Part shown: in pieces, positions 17,361-31,093 of the stretch
Position numbering within the stretch: the first letter of the stretch is position 1
Layout: the number at the start of each line of letters is the position of its first letter
Assembly (NCBI RefSeq): GCF_009914755.1
Contig: NC_060928.1
Strand: one strand, 5' to 3'
Source of the DNA: the human T2T-CHM13v2.0 reference genome, Homo sapiens
Length of the DNA stretch: 64,000 nt
The notes under the pieces: generated by a model
Databases searched by the model: none
What the model was told of the DNA's origin: nothing
The model's input: the letters and a program-made list of their open reading frames with translations, nothing else
Made by a program: the position numbers and the translations under genes

Positions 17361-18768
17361 TGAGAGGTGACAGCGTGCGCCCTCGCTCGCTCTCGGCGCC
17401 TCCTCGGCCTTGGCGCCCACTCTGGCCGCGCTTGAGGAGCCCTTCAGCCCACCGCTGCACTGTGGGAGCCCCTTTCTGAGCTGGCCAAGGCTGGAGCCGG
17501 CTCCTTCAGCTTGCAGGGAGGTGTGGAAGGAGAGGCGCGAGCGGGAACCTGGGCTGCGCGCGGCGCTTGCGGGCCAGCTGGAGTTCCGGGTGGGCGTGGT
17601 CTTGGCGGGCCCCGCACTGGGAGCGGCCGGCCGGCCGGCCCGCCCTGCCGGACCCGGGCAATGAGCGGCTTAGCACACGGGCCACCGGCTGCAGAGGGTG
17701 TGCTGGGTCCCCCAGCAGTGCCGGCCCACCGGCGCTGCACTCGATTTCTCGCGGGGCAGGGCTTGGGACCTGCAGCCCGCCATGCCCGAGCCTCCCCCTC
17801 CTCCTTGGACTCCTGTGAGGCCCGAGACTCCCCGACGAGCGCCGCCCCCTGCTCCAGGGCACCCAGTCCCATCGACCACCCAAGGGCTGAGGAGTGCGGG
17901 CGCAGGGCACGGGACTGGCAGGCAGCTCCACCTGCAGCCCGGTGCGGGATCCACTGGGTGAAGCCAGCTGGGCTCCTGAGTCTGGTGGGGACTTGGAGAA
18001 CCTTCATGTCTAGCTAAGGGATTGTAAATACACCAGTCGGCATTCTGTATCTAGCTCAAGGTTTGTAAACACACCAATCAGGGCCCTGTGTCTAGCTCAG
18101 GGTTTGTGAATGCACCAATCGACACTCTGTATCTAGCTACTCTGGTGGGGACTTGGAGAACCTTTGTGTATACACTCTGTATCTAGCTAATCTAGTGGGG
18201 CCGTGGAGAACGTTTGTGTCTAGTTCAGAGATTGTAAATGCACCAATCAGCTCTCTGTAAAACAGACCAATCCCCTCTCTGTAAAATGGACCAATCAGCA
18301 GGATGTGGGTGGGGCCAGATAAGAGAATAAACGCAGGCTTCCGGAGCCAGCACTGGCAACCCCCTGGGTCCCCTTCCACACTGCGGTAGCTTTGTTCTTT
18401 TGCTCTTTGCAATAAATCTTGCTGCTGCTCACTCTTTGGGTCCACGCTGCCTTTATGAGCTGTAACACTCACCGCGAAGGTCTGCAGCTTCACTCCTGAA
18501 GCCAACGAGACCACAAACCCACCGGGAGGAAGAAACTCCAGACGCGCTGCCTTAGGAGCTGTAATACTCACCGCGAAGGTCCGCAGGTTCACTCCTGAGC
18601 CAGCGAGACCACGAACCCACCAGAAGGAAGAAACTCCGAACACATCCAAACATCAGAAGGAACAAACTCCGGACACGCCGCCTTTAAGAACTGTTAACAC
18701 TCACCGCGAGGGTCTGCAGCTTCATTCTTGAAGTCAGTGAGACCAAAAACCCACCAATTCTGGACACA
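17361..18768 (+). mobile_element. LTR12C solo LTR (HERV9/ERV1)
   Basis: Starts tgagaggtgacagcgtgc and ends ccaccaattctggacaca, with 4-bp TSD cctg (17357-17360 / 18769-18772). CpG-rich 5' half, tandem CCAAT-containing repeats, and repeated taacactcaccgcgaaggtc units. Confidence 0.95.
18070..18420 (+). promoter_or_regulatory. ERV9/LTR12 enhancer-promoter module
   Basis: CCAAT boxes at 18074, 18115, 18243, 18267 and 18291; GT box GGGTGGGG 18307; GATA site AGATAA 18317; TATA-like AATAAA 18326; polyA signal AATAAA 18411. This is the standard ERV9 LTR layout. Activity is not shown. Confidence 0.65.
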
Positions 18769-20439
18769 CCTGTATTCTTCCAAAAATTGCATGTCATCTG
18801 TGTTCTCACTTTATTGTTTCTCAACCAACTTAAAGGGCCCCTTCAGCTCTCCAGGGCTTTCCAAACCCAGGCAGAGTTAAGCATGACCTCTTGGATGCAG
18901 CGCGGCTCTGAAGTGCCCTACCTTTCTGCTGAACATGGTCTCCTTAGTCAGGTTACAGTGATCAGTCTTTTTTGCCATTCCATCTTGTCTACTTTAGCGC
19001 CTCTCTCTCCCCTTCTGTTAACAGAATAGTCTGAAAGCTCAGCTTTTCTATGCTACCCATGATGAAAGCATTTCAGTTTTTCTTTTCTGTCACACTCTGC
19101 AGATCTCATAAATCTTACTCTTTGAGAGCAAGATAAGCAGCTTTCAAGTGTTTAAAAACTTATTTAGATGTTTTTCTGGATGTGTAGCTTTTTATTCTGA
19201 AGAGTTGGAAGTTTATAGGGAAGCTAAATAATTATCAATAAATAGTATCAGAGTATTCCACATTCTAGCAGTAAAAGAAATATTGATTAAAAGGACTTCC
19301 AAGCTGTTGTGCAACACACACTCTTTTTATTGTTGTTGATTTCTCAACAAATTTTCCTGACCTGTTATTTCAATATAAATAGCTTTTCCAGGAGTTTTAC
19401 ATAGATCAAAAACACAGGATAAAGAAGTATTAGATGTCCTCATGTGTAATACTTGCTTTCTTTATACATGTTTTTTCTTTTGCAAGGAAAATCCCCATAT
19501 GATATATTAACTGAAGTAAATCGTAACGAGTGCTACTTGTGTTTAAGTTAAAGCTATATTTGGCATACTGAGAATTGATTTTGCTGACATATGAATAATA
19601 AGTAAAAACTTGAAAACAAAGTACATTTATTTAAAAAAATAGACAAAATGTTTATTAGCTCCACATGAATGTTCAATTACCACATAAATATTTTGCACAA
19701 TTAAAAATAATCTTTGTTAATTCTATTTTCTTGGTACTCCTTTCTTATTTTAAAAAATTCAATACATTGGCTAACTATGGGTGCATGTTCTATGACAGCC
19801 CTGCTCTGCAAGGAGCAGGATGAATAAATGAACAAATAAATAAAATTCAATAAATTAGAAAAATTATGTTTGATTAAAGTACTGAAATTCTATAGTTCTG
19901 GAAGTCCAAGATAAGCCCAGATCTCATAAACCTAATTGAGAAAAGGTGCTTCAAAAGATAATGCCTTCTGAAATAATAAATTGTTTTCTTACTATTATAT
20001 TCAAGTTTAAAACTGTTTTATTTGAAAGTCAATATAATAAACTCTTGTTTTAAAATTTTAAAGCACCAAATTATCTTTAATGAAAATAAAACATTTAGGC
20101 TCCTTTTTAAAAGCTGTATACTTTGAATATATTATAGAAAAACAAATTAAAAATGTGTTAAAGTAATTGCCCTATTGTGATGTATAATGAGAAATAGATA
20201 CTCCTCAATGTGAGTCCTTAAATCTAAATTTAACTTATTTTAAGCTTGATGTTAAAATTCAGAAAACATGTTTTTCTTTAATCTACTTTTTTTTTACCAT
20301 AATGTAATCGCCATGAATGTCATATAAGGAAATATAGTGTTAATACAATGTAATTATCTGTAACTTGGACTCCGGGATAATCTAATAATAAGTTTTACTT
20401 GAGGAGGAGTCAGGTATAGTTGGGGAATATAAGGTGTAG

Positions 20440-20600
20440 GAAAAGTAGACAAAAATCTAGTTTGGGTTCCATCCCTAATTGTCTGTATGACCTTGATTAT
20501 TATTTTAAGAAGTCTGACCTCAATTCTTCAATGAAATGGGTGGGATAAACTGAAAAAGCTACATAGCCCACTTCAACTCTAAAATCCTATATTCCTATGA
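20440..20600 (+). mobile_element. MIR3 fragment
   Basis: ctgtatgaccttga...tctgacctcaattcttcaatgaaatggg...cttcaactctaaaatcctatattcctatga. Confidence 0.55.
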
Positions 20601-23039
20601 GTCTAAGTACAGATGTTCCCTTTGGAATTGCTTTCTAAACCAAAAATCAGGGCATGTGATCTCCTGATGAAATTCAGTATTCTTTCCATTTGTGAGAAGC
20701 AGTTTAGATGTGGTTGAGATGCCAAAATGATATATGTGAAAGAGTGGTATCACAGTACCCAGAGCATCATAAGCACTCAGCAAATATTAGCGTCCCTGCT
20801 TCCCACTCTCTATCCTTCCCACACTGTGGCTAGGATGATTTCCCAACAGTAAGTTTTGATGAAGGGGGAAGTGTCAGGGTGGATTCTAAAGAGAAGACAT
20901 TGTGAGAGAGGAATATGCATGCAAACTTGTCCCTATGTTGTAACTGGCCTATGGTCCCTGATCCCATCTGACATCTCTGTGTCCTGGTCTAAGCATGGTC
21001 TATGCCCGTTATTAATTTTTTTAAACTTGCACATGCAATTGTCCCTAAGTACAGTCTTGCACCAAAGACAGCAGAAGATTGCTTCACTGGCAAGCATCTT
21101 AAATTATATCAATTTGACCTGGCTGACAGAAAAGACTTTTTAAAATAAAAACAAGTCACCTGAGCAAATATAAACTCCTGAAACTTCTTGTGGCCAAATT
21201 TTGTGCGGTCATTTCTGAAAAGTGACCCTCAACAAAAACACACTAGCTGCATATCAGAATAACCTGTGGAACTTTCTCAAATTCAGGGGCGCTTTTTGTA
21301 CTCTCTGGTGAGTGTTATGTGATACATTGCAAGATCTTGCCCTGTCTCTTTTGAAAATTACTGCTATTAGAGCTTTGAGTGATGGTGAGAATATGATGTA
21401 ACCTTCGAGTGAGAATAATTGGCAGCATAAATGGTTGAAAATGTAGCATACTGCTACATTTCTTGATTATACCAAAGAAGCAGTTAGTTTAATGTACTTC
21501 TTCTCCTTCTCACAATGTATAATCTTTCCAAACACATATCATAAATGTAGACACTACATAATTTTTTATTTTGATGCATTTACTAAAGAGGTAGCACTGA
21601 AAGTTGAGTGAAGTAACTGTCTTTTTTTTTTAGTCCCATTTTTCTAACTGGATGAATTTGGGAATGTAGCATTCAAGGTACCTGAGGTAGATGTGTATAG
21701 CAAACTATTGTTACACATGTCTAAAACTTAGGCCCATGTTGGGGTACTGATAAGAGCAAAGAGTTATTTCAAATTACTTAATTAACTTCATTGCTTTTTG
21801 AATTTACCCAGAGACAAATTTATTCTAATATTTAAGGAAGCTTGGCTGAGAAAATAAGACAAAAGGTATGATACTTTGAAGATATAGTTGTAATTTAAAG
21901 GAAAAATTTTGATGATACAGATGACAATGAAAGATATTTTAGAAAAGAGTGAGTAGAAAGAAATGTCAGCAGTACAAAAGAAAAAAGAAGCAAGCTTCTG
22001 CAGTAAATGGGAGGAAGTTTAATTCAGAATTCAAGGGTCATACTACCAGACTTATTAGCATTAATGAGTCTCATTTGTTGTCAAAATTAAGCAGATAAAT
22101 CATTTACCAAACACCATGAATTGTTACCCACTCATGTTTGCAGAATGGATGAATAAAATATATACATAATAAAAATGTTATGATTAATATTTCTGGCCTC
22201 TAAAGCTCTTGGACCACAAATAGAAGGAAATTAAATCCTTTAAAGGGAAGACACCATACAGGGCAAAGTATCTCAAGTTGTTCAGCATATGAACCAAAAA
22301 TTATCAGACAGAAAAAATATATTGTCATATTTCTGCCCTTTATAAGTCAGGACTGATTAGTAATTTACTGACAGAAAAGAAATTCTAAATTAGAATCCTG
22401 AAAATTCCTAACCTCAAGGGATTTTTTGTCTGTGAATTTTTTTTTAATTTACTAGGTAACAAGATATTAACAGTGAATCCTAAAATAAATAACATTCTAA
22501 TTTCTAGTATGTCTAATATTTGTACAGAGTTGGTTATTGGACAATACATTTTAATCACACAATTATTTAAAAAAAGAGACTATACTATATTAAGCAATTA
22601 AATTATTCCTGATGTAAATTCCAAATTTTGGGCTCTTGCATATTTTAGAATCCATTATCAATACTTTTGTTTGTTTTCTTTCCTAACTTTGGAAGCCTTA
22701 AGCAATGTAAGCAAAAAAAAATTTTTTTTAATTATTTGCCAGATTGTTTTCGGTTAATCAGTTACTCGCAGTATAGACTATCACTCATCTCCTGGCTTAA
22801 CCTAAATCACAGAGCTTCCAAGTTCACATCTTATGCAGAAAGCCACAAATGTTTAGGTCTCTCACCTTGTTCTTAATGTTTTTTTGATCCAATGTAATGT
22901 GAGCTACATATGGATTTTAAATTCTAGTAGCCATATAAAAAATATTATTTTAAAAGAGGTATATTTTTAAAAATAGACTTTATTTTATAAAACAGATTTT
23001 ATCTTACAGAAAATTGATATTATAATGCAATGATGATGA

Positions 23040-23510
23040 AATCAGCTGAGACTGTTAGAGATTTCATTGAATCTATAGATGAATTTGCTAGTATCACTAT
23101 CTTTACCATATTAAGTCCTCCGATCCGAAAATATGGAATTTTATTCCATTTATTTAGAACTCCTTTTTTTTAACAAAGTTTTTTAGTTTCCAAAGAATAA
23201 GCATTGCACTTTTGTTAAATTTAAACCTAAGTGTTTTATTCTATTAGATGTTACTGTAAATTAAATTTTTTCTTAATTTCCTTTTTGGAATATTTATTGC
23301 AAGTGCATAGAAATATCGATTTTCATATATTGATCCTGTATTTTCTCCCATCTTGCTGAATTTGTTTAGTAATTCTAATTCTTTTAGTGGATTCCTTAGA
23401 ATTTTCTCTATATAGCACCATGTTATCCACAAGCAGAGATAGGGTTTACTTTCTTTTGAATGTGAACATCTTTTATTTATTTTTTCTTTCTTAATTTCCT
23501 TGGTTAGAAA
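23040..23510 (-). mobile_element. L1M ORF2 (RT region) fragment
   Basis: Antisense L1 text cattgaatctatagatgaatttg. ORF 23244-23432 contains LELLNKFSK, like L1 ORF2 LLELINEFSK. Confidence 0.75.
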
Positions 23511-23514
23511 GTCA

Positions 23515-23960
23515 GGGTTATCTGGTTATTCAAAGATATAGAACCAGTTAAAACAAAATGTGTGTGTGTGTGTTTGTGTGCGTGTGTATGTGAAAAGATT
23601 TATTACAATGAATTGGCTTATATAATTTTGGAAGTGGGTGAATCAGAAATACACATGCAGACCAGGTGGCTGAAAATTCTCTAGCAAGAGCTATGTTACA
23701 GGAAGAATATGTTCTTTAAAAATCCCCAATTTTGCTCTTAAGTGCTTTCAACTGATTGTATGAGGCTCACCTATATTATAGAGAATATTTTTTACTGAAA
23801 GTCACCTGACTGTAGATGTTAACTACATCTACAAAATACCTTAACAGCAACACACGTTAGTGTTTGACCAAATCTCTGGGCACTATGGCCTAGCCAAATT
23901 GACACATTAAACCAAGTATCAGAGTCTACTCCTTGTCAACTTGGTACCCATATATGTATT
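23515..23960 (-). mobile_element. MLT2 (C/D-like) ERVL LTR plus a short adjoining internal piece
   Basis: agatttattacaatgaattggctt...ttcaactgattgtatgaggctcac...cctagccaaattgacacat followed by ccttgtcaacttggtaccca. Contains (TG)n at ~23569-23592. Confidence 0.75.
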
Positions 23961-25849
23961 CTATCTCAATTTCCGAATATTTAAAATGGACATAATATCT
24001 AGCAAGATGAATTTTTTATGAAAATTTGATATGATAAGATATATAAAGTTATTAGTAAAACAATAAGCATATAGTATTGCTAAATAAACATTGCCCTCTT
24101 TCCTGTATGTGTATATTTTTCTGTAAATATTCATTTAAATTATTCCTTCATTTATATCCCAAACAATTTTGTTCAGGTCAGTTCTTTATTATGTGTCTAC
24201 ACTTTAAAAATTTATTTTCAGGTCTATATAATAACAGCTGTTCCTTTTGATCCAGTAAATAATTCCAAATTCTAGCTCTGTTTACATGCCTATTCTGTTA
24301 AAAAATATAGTCAATATTTACCCACTCTCACCTATTGAGCTCAAAATAAAATAATTATGATATTTCACAATACAGCTTCTACTCAAACTCTTCTTATTTC
24401 ACTATTCATACACAGTTACACATTTTTTTTTAAATTGCCATTTCAGGAAGGTCTTACATGACATTACTGAAACCCCTCCTCAGATGCTGGTTTTCTCCAA
24501 ATGGAAGGCTTTTTGTGTTTCAATCTGACCACTTATTCTCACTCCAGAATAAAGGCTTGTTATGTTTAGATTTGTATATTGTAATTTCGATTCATTATAC
24601 AATGAGTAAAAGTGACACTCTGGTAAATTCTGTTCTACTCATTTGAGATAAGGTATTCCCATTAGAATGATAATTTCTCTTGAAATAAACATGACCATTT
24701 TCTTTTTGTCAGTCAGATCTTCTTTGATTTTTTTTTTCTTTTTGAGAGAACTTGACCCCGTATAGCTTGTTTGGTTACCTTGTTTGACTATCTGATTGTA
24801 TTTATTTGAACTGAGATTTCCCGGATCAAATAAGTATATGACTGTGTGAAACTCTCACAGATGTGTAAATTACAAATTTTGTATTACAGGACATTGGTAA
24901 GATGAAAATAGCACATTAGCAAAGAGATAAGGTCAATGAGAATTAATAGAACAAACAGCCTACAGTTTGAATTGAGTTTCTACTGAACTGAAGGTTACTA
25001 TAACATGCATCTTCACTACATTTTGAATGTAAATGAAGCTGAAGAGACTGAACAGAGAAGTTTGGAGTGTAAATACCACAGTGAGGTTATACACAGCATT
25101 TTAGTTTGGTGTATAGATAATAATATTTCTAGTCTCACAGTTTCACAATTTCAAAAGCTAGAATATTCGTGTCCAAATCTACAGAGAATTTTTTTAAAAA
25201 TTATTCAAAATAAATTCAAATAACTACCAAATCTAAAGTCTAATACAGTAAATAATGCATATGGTTCATGTATTTCTATTTTTTTAATTCTAAAATTTTC
25301 AAACAATAGATTACTAACTTTAAAATCAACAATTCCTTAACAATCATTCTTGAATATAGGGATAATTTCTTCATGCTTATAAATTGTGCTATAATTTTTT
25401 TTAGTTCTATAGAAATCACATACTTTGCATTTTCCTGAGTTAATTTATATTATACATATAAACTATAAATATGTAAGCATATATATGTAATAACTTTTAG
25501 TATAATTATTTTATATTAACTTATTTTAATTATGGCTGAAAGTTCTCTGGATCTATGTGAGAAACTTTCTGAGATCAATTCAGCATGATAGAAATCTAAA
25601 GAATTAAATAGTAAGCAAGTAATTGAAATTCATATGTGGATACTGCCACTCATTCTATAAATAAGGATTTTGTATTCTGATCATTGGTACTAGGAAACAG
25701 AAGCTTTTTGTCCTCCTCACTCAAAGTCATACCCTCCATGGGCTTCATTATTTTATTTCACTTTCAAGACCTCAGACTAGGCACTTACCCTCCTTAAATA
25801 CAATCTTTGTCACTAGTCTCTATCACCTGCTACCCCAGTGCTCACAACT

Positions 25850-26240
25850 GCCCATACTTACCCACTGAACTTAGGCTTGACCAGACTGTAATCAGCCTTC
25901 TCTATGATCCATATGTTCTCACACTTTGGCTTGTTCCCAGGATTGTGCAAGCAGCAAAACACTATGGGGTAGAATACTGCTCTTAGTAGCTCATTCTGAC
26001 AATCAGCCCAATCACACAGAGAAACAATTCCTTTTGAAGCATTCTGATTTACCAACTGGTCACCACCCACACTTGCCCTCTTCTCCCACAAAGCTCCTGC
26101 TAGTCCTACTTATCCATTTATATAAAAGATATGTTTGCAAATTTTTGAGATCAGGGCATCCTACTTATTGTGGTGCACTTTTTCAAAAAAAATGAAGGCT
26201 CTACTTATCTAAGTCTAGATTTACTTTTATTTTTATATTC
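25850..26240 (+). mobile_element. Old ERV1-type LTR fragment (MER110-like)
   Basis: TATA-like tataaaag, then ttgagatcagggcatcctacttattg...ctacttatctaagtctagatttacttttattt. Family uncertain. Confidence 0.35.
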
Positions 26241-27701
26241 ACCTTCTCTCTCACAACAGTAGCTAATCACTGATCAATTGTGTCCTTCATACTTTATACC
26301 CTACCTAGATGTGGTCATACCAACCATTAATTCTTTTTTATTCTCGCTTCTAGACATTGACACAACCAAACTATGTTCCTATAAATTAATATTCCCAGAT
26401 TTATTATTAATCGTTCAGTAACAAATGGTTCACATGCATTGTATAATGCTGCATTTTACAACCCTGCCTTATGTGCGCTGTATATTAAATGGTATAATGA
26501 GTCCTATGGTGGGAGCACCTGCTTAAATTTTTGCTATGTTAACCACGAAAGATTTTATCTTAACTACTATTACATTTTCTAAACTATTTTTAAAGAGTTG
26601 AAAATTGCTGCCTCAATATTTCCAAGAAAAACAAGATAATTAGCATACAGATGTTTAAAATTTTCATCAAGGTTAACAATTCTGCCCTAGATACTAGACT
26701 ATCTAGATACCACCTAGAAACTGCCCTAGATAGTTGAGAGTCATGTCATTTATCTGTGGTTAACTCTTTGACATTCCTCCTCCACTCTCCTTTCTTTCTC
26801 TTAATATTCACCACAAAATACTCCAGGAAAATAACCTTGACCCTTGCTTTAATTTACTCTGTATTCTGCTGGTTACACAAACCTGTAATCCTAGTAAATA
26901 TACATTATTTTATCGTGTCTCTTACTACTAATTTATAATCACATTCGCTTTGGATCTGTACTTCCTCACTTCCTCTAAAATTGCTCTCTTTTTTTTTTCT
27001 CTTCAATTTCACTGTTAATTTTAGGTTTTTTTCTGAATTTTGGAATAGTCCCTTGATTTTTCTCTCTTTTAATTTGTTTTTAAATGCAACTTGTAGAGTT
27101 ATTTTATTCTTCTTGAAAGAATTCTAATTATAATGCAGACTAGTCAAAACATTCAAAATAGAAAGTTTTATCTCCTCATCTTACATAAAAGACCAAAACT
27201 ACAATCCCACTTAGCTCCCTGACATATTTTTTGATATCTCATGAAATAACCATTAACTTAGTCCAAATAATAGATCCACTGCTATCGGAATGTAATTTAT
27301 TTTTCCTTTCCTATTATTTTTATTGTGCTTAAATTCCTTTTTAATTTTTATCTAACATCATACATGATAAATATTAATAATTTGGAGTGAATTAATAACA
27401 AATATAGGAAACAATTTTTAAAATTTTTTTAATTTTTAAAATTTCCTCCAAATGACAATATTTTTAAATGACTTTTTAGAAGTCTATGGAAGACTATGGA
27501 AGAATTTTTTTTTTAAACTTCATGTACATTATTAGACTTCCATTTTTCAGTTTTACATGTAAGGTGCTTGAAAGTCAACAGCTGTCCTAATAACAAGTAA
27601 AGAGATGACCACACTGAAAAATTAACAACTCTTCTTGGATTCATAAGAGATGGGAGGACCCAGGACAAACCGCTATCCCCAAGATGAGAGTTACAGACTA
27701 A

Positions 27702-28052
<351 letters not shown>

Positions 28053-28670
28053 AGAAATACTCAAGAGCACTGTGTTATTCCTAACAAGCCTTGCCCTCAG
28101 GGGAAACAAGTTAACTAGAGTCTAACCTGCTGAGATATTATGAGACTAAATTACCTCAAGAGGGAAAATACCCAACTCCACTCAGCTGTAACTTTCTGCA
28201 TATGAGAAATACCCAACCCCAGCCATTCAAGCTATACTGGCCCACCTACAGGGAGAGAAAAAACAAAACAAACAAACAAAAAAAAACAGAAACATTTGTG
28301 AAGTTCTCAGTCCAGAGGCATAAACTCACTGAAAGCCTCAGTGAGACCTAATCATAGGACTATAAAATGTTTTCCCTACCCTACACCTTACCACCACATT
28401 ACTAAAGGCCTATTTGCATTAGTTCCTTTTATGTGGTACAGCATGTCTGCCTAACAAGAAAAAATCACAAGACATGCCAAAAGGAAAAAAAAAATTAAAG
28501 AGACAGAGCAAGCGTCAGAACCAGACATGATAGAGATGTTGAAGTTATGACACTGGAAATTCAAAACAAACATAATTAATATGCTGAGACTATCTATAAC
28601 GGGTAGACAGTGTGAGAGAACAGATGAGCAATATGATCAGAAGTGGCAATCCTAAGAAAAATCAAAAAGA

Positions 28671-29011
<341 letters not shown>

Positions 29012-29774
29012 TCAAAAGCACTGTAACAGAAATAAAGAATGCCTCTGATGGACTTACTAGTAGCCTGAGAATAGTCGAGTAAAGATTCTCTGAGTTTGAG
29101 AACTTATCAACAGAAACTTCAAAGGTGAAAAGTAAAAAGAATAGACTGAGAAAGAAAAACCATATCTAAGAAACAACTACAAAAGATGTAACATATACAC
29201 AATGTGAACACCAGAAGAAGCGTGAGAAAAAGGAAAACAAGAAATATTTGAAACAATAATGACTATACATTTCACCACATTAATGTCAGACAGCACAACA
29301 CAAATCCAGGAAGCTCAGAGAACACTAAGAAGAATAAACACTAGTATAAGCTACACTAAGACATATTATTTCAAACTATAGAAAATTAATGATGAAGAAA
29401 AATTAAAGGAAGCCAGAGAATAAAAACACCTTTTCTATAGAGAACTAAAGATAATAATTACATCCAACTTCTTCTCAGAAACCATGCAAGCAGTAAGAGT
29501 GGAGTGAAATATTTAATATTTAAAGCATTGAGTGAAAAAATAAAAAACCATCAATCTAGAATTATATATTCTTTGAAATTATCTTTCAAAAACTGAAGGA
29601 GAAATGAAAACTATCTCAGACAAACAAAAATTGAGGGAATTTCTTGTCATCAAATCTAAGATTATTCTATTATAATATTACTCAAATTATCCATGAAGTG
29701 GTATATTGTTATTTGAAAGTGTCTTGGATTAGTTATAAATGTATATGGCAACCTCTAGGGCAACCACTTACAAA

Positions 29775-29965
29775 ATGAAAAATTATTAGCTGGGTATGGT
29801 GGTGCACACTGTTTTCCTAACTGCTCTGAAGGCTGAGGCAGGAGAATTGATTGAACCCAGGAGTTAGAAGCTGTAGTGAGCTATGATCACACTGCACTCT
29901 AGACTGGGCAACACAGCAAGATACTGTCTCAAAAAAAAAAAAGAGAAAAGAAAAGAAAGAAAAAA
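29775..29965 (+). mobile_element. Alu right monomer (FRAM/AluJ-type fragment)
   Basis: attagctgggtatggtggtgcacac...gaagctgtagtgagctatgatcacactgcactc + A-rich tail. Confidence 0.8.
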
Positions 29966-30155
29966 ATAACAATATACCAATGAAGGAAAGAAGAGAAAAT
30001 AAAATTATGTAAAATATTCCATCCAAACTACAAAAGGTGAAAAAAATATGAAAACAAAAAATAGGAACAAAGGACAAGGAGGCAAGAAATAGAAAATAGT
30101 AACTGTAATCTGTTAAATAATGTGGATATTAATCCAAGTATATCAACAATCATTT

Positions 30156-30468
30156 TCTTTTTTGTGTCTTTTTGTTTTTGAGATAGGGTCTTGCTCTGTT
30201 GCCCAAGTTGGAGTGCAGTGGTGCAATCATGGCTCACTTCAGCCCTTTGACCTCCTGGGCTCAATGGATCTTCCTGCCTCAACCACCTGAGAGTGAGGAC
30301 CACAACTGCACACCACCACACCTGGCTAATTTTTTAAATTAACTTTTTGTAGAGATGAGGGTCTCACCACGTTGCCCAGGTTGGTATCAAACTCCTGGGC
30401 TCAAGCAATCCTCCTGCCTCAGCCTCACAATATTTTGGAATTATATGCATGAGCCACCGTGCCCAGCT
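30156..30468 (-). mobile_element. AluJ
   Basis: gagatagggtcttgctctg...atcatggctcact...ctcctgggctcaagcaatcctcctgcctc. TSD tcaa(c/t)aat(c/t)atttt. Confidence 0.9.
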
Positions 30469-30701
30469 CAATAATTATTTTGAGCATCAGTGGTCTAAGT
30501 GCACCAATTTAGAGATAGAGATTGTCAGAGTGGATTAAAATACAAGATCCAACTATATATTATCTACTAGAAAACTACTAGAATAGGTAGCAAGACAGAC
30601 ATGAGCAGGGCAGAACACCACCACTGTCTCTCTAAAATAATAATTTGTCATAGCCGGCACCAGGAAAAGGCAGTCTCCCAATACATGGAAACACCTGAAG
30701 C

Positions 30702-31020
30702 AGACAGACGCGGTGGCTTATGTCTATAATCCCAGCACTTTGGGAGGCCAAGGCCTGCAGATCATGAGGTCAGGAGTTCAAGACCAGCCTAGCCAATATG
30801 GTGAAAACTTGTCTCTACTAAAAATACAAAAAAAAAAAAAAATATCTAGACATTGTGGCATGCAACTGTGGTCCCAGGTTGAAGGAGGCTGAGGCACAAG
30901 AGTTGTTTGAACCTGGGAGGCGGAGGTGGCAGTGAGCCGAGATGGCATCACTGCACTGCAGCCTGGGTGACAGAGCAAGACTCTGTATCAAAAAATAATA
31001 ATAATTATTATTATTATTAT
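30702..31020 (+). mobile_element. AluS (Sg-like, diverged) carrying only the left TSD
   Basis: Dimer preceded by aaacacctgaagc. The tail turns from (AAT)n into (ATT)n and is not followed by the TSD. Confidence 0.88.
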
Positions 31021-31093
31021 TAGAAGGAGTACACTAAAAAACATGATTAAAAAGCATAGTATCATAAATAAGTAAACCAGCAACATAGTCATT

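Noticed and set aside
17410-18649. Cluster of overlapping 83-187 aa ORFs on both strands
   Set aside because: All lie within the GC-rich LTR12C, where stop codons are scarce. None shows a recognisable domain.
18010-18720. Regularly spaced short repeats (tctagct...caccaatc; taacactcaccgcgaaggtc) resembling an array
   Set aside because: These are the known internal tandem repeats of LTR12/ERV9. There are no unique spacers and no cas genes, so this is not CRISPR.
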